From: Corynebacterium amycolatum
Lineage (GTDB): Bacteria > Actinomycetota > Actinomycetes > Mycobacteriales > Mycobacteriaceae
Length of the DNA: 32,000 nt
Assembly: GCF_049243625.1 (NCBI RefSeq)
Contig: NZ_CP046975.1
Direction: 5' to 3' (one strand)
Shown here: piece after piece, positions 27,313 through 32,000 of the stretch
Layout of the letters: each line of letters starts with the position of its first letter
How positions within the stretch are numbered: the stretch's first letter is position 1
Notes under the pieces: generated by a model
Databases searched by the model: none
What the model was told of the DNA's origin: nothing
The model's input: only the letters and a program-made list of their open reading frames with translations
Program-made: the position numbers and the translations under genes

Positions 27313-28536
27313 ATGTCGCAGGATATTCCCATCGACATTCTCCTGGGGCCTAGACGTAGGCAAGTCTCAACACCACGCCTGCGCCTTAGACAAGGACGGC
27401 ATAAAGGTTTTCGACAAGACTCTTCCCCAACTCGAATCAGAGTTAGCAGCACTCTTCGAAGACTTTCAGACTCACGGCACAGTCTTAGTTGTTGTTGACT
27501 AACCCAACACCATCGGAGCGCTCCCCATTGCAGTTGCCCATCAACACGGTTGCCAGGTCGGCTACTTACCAGGCTTGGCCATGAGAAAAGCTGCAAATCT
27601 CTACCCTGGACAGGCGACAACCGACAGTCGCGACGCCTTCATCATCAGCCGACACTGCATGAACAATGCCGCACACCCTACGGGCGGTTGACCGAAACAG
27701 TGAAGTACTCGCAGCCCTTAGGATGCTGTCCGGCTTTGACGATGACATTTCTCGTGACTGCACCAGAACCGTCAACCGCTTACGCAGTCTACTCACCCAA
27801 ATCTACCCCAGTCTGAAGCGTGTTTTCGCTGGCAGCACGCGTACCCACACCCCGACACTGGACTTACTCATCCATTACACAGGTCCGACAGGACTGAAAA
27901 AGACTGGTTGTACCCGGGTTCTGGCGTGGTTATCCAAGAGAAGCCGGCACAACCCGGACGTGCTGGTGGACAGCATTTTCGTGGCACTAGCGGCACGAAC
28001 TGTTACTGTTCCCGGAACCGAGGCAGCCGAACTTGTTATCCCGCAGCTGGCAGCCAACATTAAAGCACTAAAGACCCAACGCGAAACTATCGTCGGCCAG
28101 GTCGACGGCGTGCTGGAGGATATCCCTGCCTCCGAGGTCTTGGATCGAATACGCCGGGAATCGGCATCAAGACCGCAGCACGAGAATCCTGCTTTCCATC
28201 GGTGATGGATCCGACTTCGCATCCTCTGGCCACCTGGCCGCCTTTGCAGGAATTGCTCCTGTGACACGAAGATCAGGCTCATCAATACGAGGCGAGTTCC
28301 CATCCAGAACAGGAAACAAGCGACTGAAAAATGCGCTGTTCTACTGAAGCGTTTACTGCCATTCGAAGCCACGAAACATCCCGAACCTACTACGGGCGCA
28401 AAAGAGCAGAAGGCAAACGCCACAATGCGCCCCACTCATGTGCCCAACCAGACGCAGATGCAACGTCATCTACGCCATGCTCAAAAACAAGGAATTCTAC
28501 CGAGAGACACTTACCAAACAATCAGTAGCAGTTTAA
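27313..28536 (+). pseudogene. IS110-family (DEDD) transposase pseudogene with multiple frameshifts and premature stops
   Basis: Piecing the three frames together gives ILLG/LDVGKSQHHACALDKDG...VLVVVD*PNTIGALPIAVAHQHGCQVGYLPG...TDSRDAFII/ADTA*TMPHTLRAVDRNSEVLAALRMLSGFDDD...PGIGIKTAAR/ILLSIGDGSDFASSGHLAAFAGIAPVTRRSGSSIRG...GNKRLKNALFY*/EAFTAIRSHETSRTYYGRKRAEGKRHNA/...RRRCNVIYAMLKNKEFY. AGGAG lies 7 nt before the ATG at 27313. Confidence 0.9.
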
Positions 28537-28737
28537 GCCGAGCAGCAATCAGATCCACCAACACCAGTTGATGGGCCCAATAATCGTGCATACCCCCAAA
28601 AGAGTTTCACCTAAGAATTCCGATTTAGGCTTGACAAAAACATAGGCTCCCCCCACACACAAAACTGCACCTCCAAAATTGGGAACTATTTGAAAAGTCA
28701 GCACTAGCGCTTCCCCTCGGGGCTAAAGTCTGCGGAT

Positions 28738-29403
28738 ATGAGCCCGATGGACAATAAGCCCGAGTACCAGGATCTCCAGTACCAGGACATTGCCTTTGAC
28801 AGCTACGTCCGGCGCCGCCAGGAATCACTTCAAACTGAGATTCCCCGATCTCAAGACCACTTTGAAATCGAGCCGGCCCACCAAAAGCTCATTAAAACGT
28901 CATCGCACTTTTTCTTGTCCACTGTTACCGGCGCTGGCTGGCCCTATGTCCAACACCGCGGTGGACCCGAGGGATTTGTCCATGTACTGAACCCCATGAA
29001 GCTGGGTTGGCTCGAATTTCATGGCAATAATCAGTTCGTCAATACCGGAAATGTTGACCGCGATAGTCGAGTCTGTATGTTTTTCATCGACTACGCTACG
29101 CGCAAGCGGCTCAAGCTCTTCGGCACAGCACAAGTGATTGAAAAAGCCGACGACCCAAAGCTGATGGATACGCTACGGCAGGTCAACGGCCGAGAAATCC
29201 GCAGCCCATATGAGCGCGCGATGGTAGTCGATGTCATTTCGGCTGATAGTAACTGTTCCAAATACATCAAACCTCGCTACACAAAGGAGCAGGTTGATGA
29301 GCGCATTGACCTCTACCGCCAGGACATCAAGGATTTGAAGCAGCAGGTAGAGGAATTAAATGCGCAGGTGGAACAGCTACAGGCGCAACTCGGGCGCGCG
29401 TAG
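28738..29403 (+). CDS. Pyridoxamine 5'-phosphate oxidase-like FMN-binding split-barrel protein with a C-terminal coiled-coil tail
   Basis: 221 aa. SSHFFLSTVTGAGWPYVQHRGGPEGFVHV...FHGNNQFVNTGNV...VCMFFIDYATRKRLKLFGTA fits the PNPOx-related (COG3576-like) pattern as I recall it. The last ~40 aa form a heptad-like Q/E/L-rich segment (DIKDLKQQVEELNAQVEQLQAQL). Confidence 0.7.
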   Translation: MSPMDNKPEYQDLQYQDIAFDSYVRRRQESLQTEIPRSQDHFEIEPAHQKLIKTSSHFFLSTVTGAGWPYVQHRGGPEGFVHVLNPMKLGWLEFHGNNQFVNTGNVDRDSRVCMFFIDYATRKRLKLFGTAQVIEKADDPKLMDTLRQVNGREIRSPYERAMVVDVISADSNCSKYIKPRYTKEQVDERIDLYRQDIKDLKQQVEELNAQVEQLQAQLGRA

Positions 29404-29413
29404 CCTGCGAAAG

Positions 29414-30052
29414 CTATAGGGTGCCCTTAGTCGACGGCACACCGTGGACGCGCGGGTCGTCCTCGACGGCAGCACGCAGGGCACGGGCCACAGCCTTGTA
29501 CTCAGCCTCGGTGATGTGGTGCGGATCGCGCCCGTAGAGACAGCGAACATGCAGCGCAATGCGAGCATTTAGGGCGAAGGACTCAAAGAAGTGCTCATTG
29601 ATAACCGTTGCGTAGTGGCCACCAATAACGGCAGTCAACATCTGCTCTGGCTCGCCAGTACCAACAAAATACGGACGACCCGACACGTCAACCACTGCGT
29701 GCGTCAGAGTTTCATCCATTGGAATGAAGCTGTCACCAAAGCGGCGAATACCGGACTTATCCCCCAGTGCCTGGGCAAACGCCTGCCCCATAACGATGCC
29801 GGTGTCCTCCACCGTGTGGTGCGCATCGACCTCGGTGTCACCGTTGGCATGCACAGTCAGGTCGAAGCTGCCGTGGGAGCCGAAAGCGGTCAACATGTGG
29901 TCAAAGAACGGCAGACCTGTCGAAATATCGGTCTTGCCGGTGCCATCGAGATTCACCGAGCAGACGATGCTCGATTCACGGGTGGCGCGCTCGATCCGGC
30001 CAACGCGCTCAGTGCGCTCTGCCTCCAGATGGTCCTTATCACTGAAGTGCAT
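29414..30052 (-). CDS. hisB: Imidazoleglycerol-phosphate dehydratase
   Basis: 212 aa with [17 protein letters not shown] and [14 protein letters not shown]. Confidence 0.95.
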   Translation of the reverse strand: MHFSDKDHLEAERTERVGRIERATRESSIVCSVNLDGTGKTDISTGLPFFDHMLTAFGSHGSFDLTVHANGDTEVDAHHTVEDTGIVMGQAFAQALGDKSGIRRFGDSFIPMDETLTHAVVDVSGRPYFVGTGEPEQMLTAVIGGHYATVINEHFFESFALNARIALHVRCLYGRDPHHITEAEYKAVARALRAAVEDDPRVHGVPSTKGTL

Positions 30053-30097
30053 AAGTCAAATCTCTCCTTGTAGTGGGATGTACCGGCAGCATTTCGC

Positions 30098-32000
<1,903 letters not shown>

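Larger units (their letters stand above)
27117..28536 (+). mobile_element. Degenerate IS110-family insertion sequence (outer boundaries not determinable from this window)
   Basis: It contains a decayed DEDD-type (IS110) transposase reading frame plus a structured upstream non-coding region. No terminal inverted repeats are expected for this family. Confidence 0.7.

Noticed and set aside
27666-28205. 179-aa ORF as an intact stand-alone gene
   Set aside because: It is the central fragment of the IS110 transposase. Its homologous N-terminal and C-terminal parts lie in other frames on either side.
27285-28562. Shared ATCCACCA octamer upstream of the transposase (27285-27292) and just after its stop (28555-28562), considered as a bridge-RNA guide or element-end match
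   Set aside because: An 8-mer match between two regions of a few hundred nt is about what chance predicts. The element ends are unknown, so no guide-target claim can be made.

Overview
This is a high-GC actinobacterial chromosome segment. Its gene content and order look like Corynebacterium/Mycobacteriales, an assignment made from protein motifs and synteny recalled from memory, not from a search. Most of the window is core metabolism. It encodes metY (O-acetylhomoserine sulfhydrylase), a malic enzyme, a polar amino-acid ABC transporter (binding protein, permease, ATPase), a TauE/SafE permease and gdh. These are followed by a GalT-like HxHxQ protein, an M20 amidohydrolase and pyk. A roughly 17-kb run of co-directional minus-strand genes then forms a Mycobacterium-type his-trp supercluster: lgt, trpA, trpB, trpC, a Trp-associated membrane protein, trpE, hisI, hisF, impA, priA/hisA and hisH. 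After an interruption it continues with hisB, hisC and hisD, which runs off the window. No tRNA, rRNA or CRISPR array was seen. The non-routine parts are listed below. (1) At the left end, a membrane protein with two tandem Ltp-like (phage superinfection-exclusion type) domains is separated from a P/Q/G/Y-rich upstream ORF by a single in-frame TAG. (2) The hisB-hisH interval appears to be an insertion hotspot. It carries an LMW-PTP/ArsC-like protein whose P-loop cysteine is replaced by Asp (D-X5-R), a translationally coupled small-membrane-protein/MFS pair, a heavily decayed IS110-family transposase with a structured upstream non-coding region (a possible bridge-RNA remnant), and an AT-richer PNPOx-like flavoprotein with a coiled-coil tail. 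(3) The his-trp cluster contains unusually long untranslated spacers, and the trpC-trpB spacer holds a terminator-like hairpin. I found no clear multi-gene novel system such as a defence island. Everything below is a hypothesis drawn from reading the sequence.
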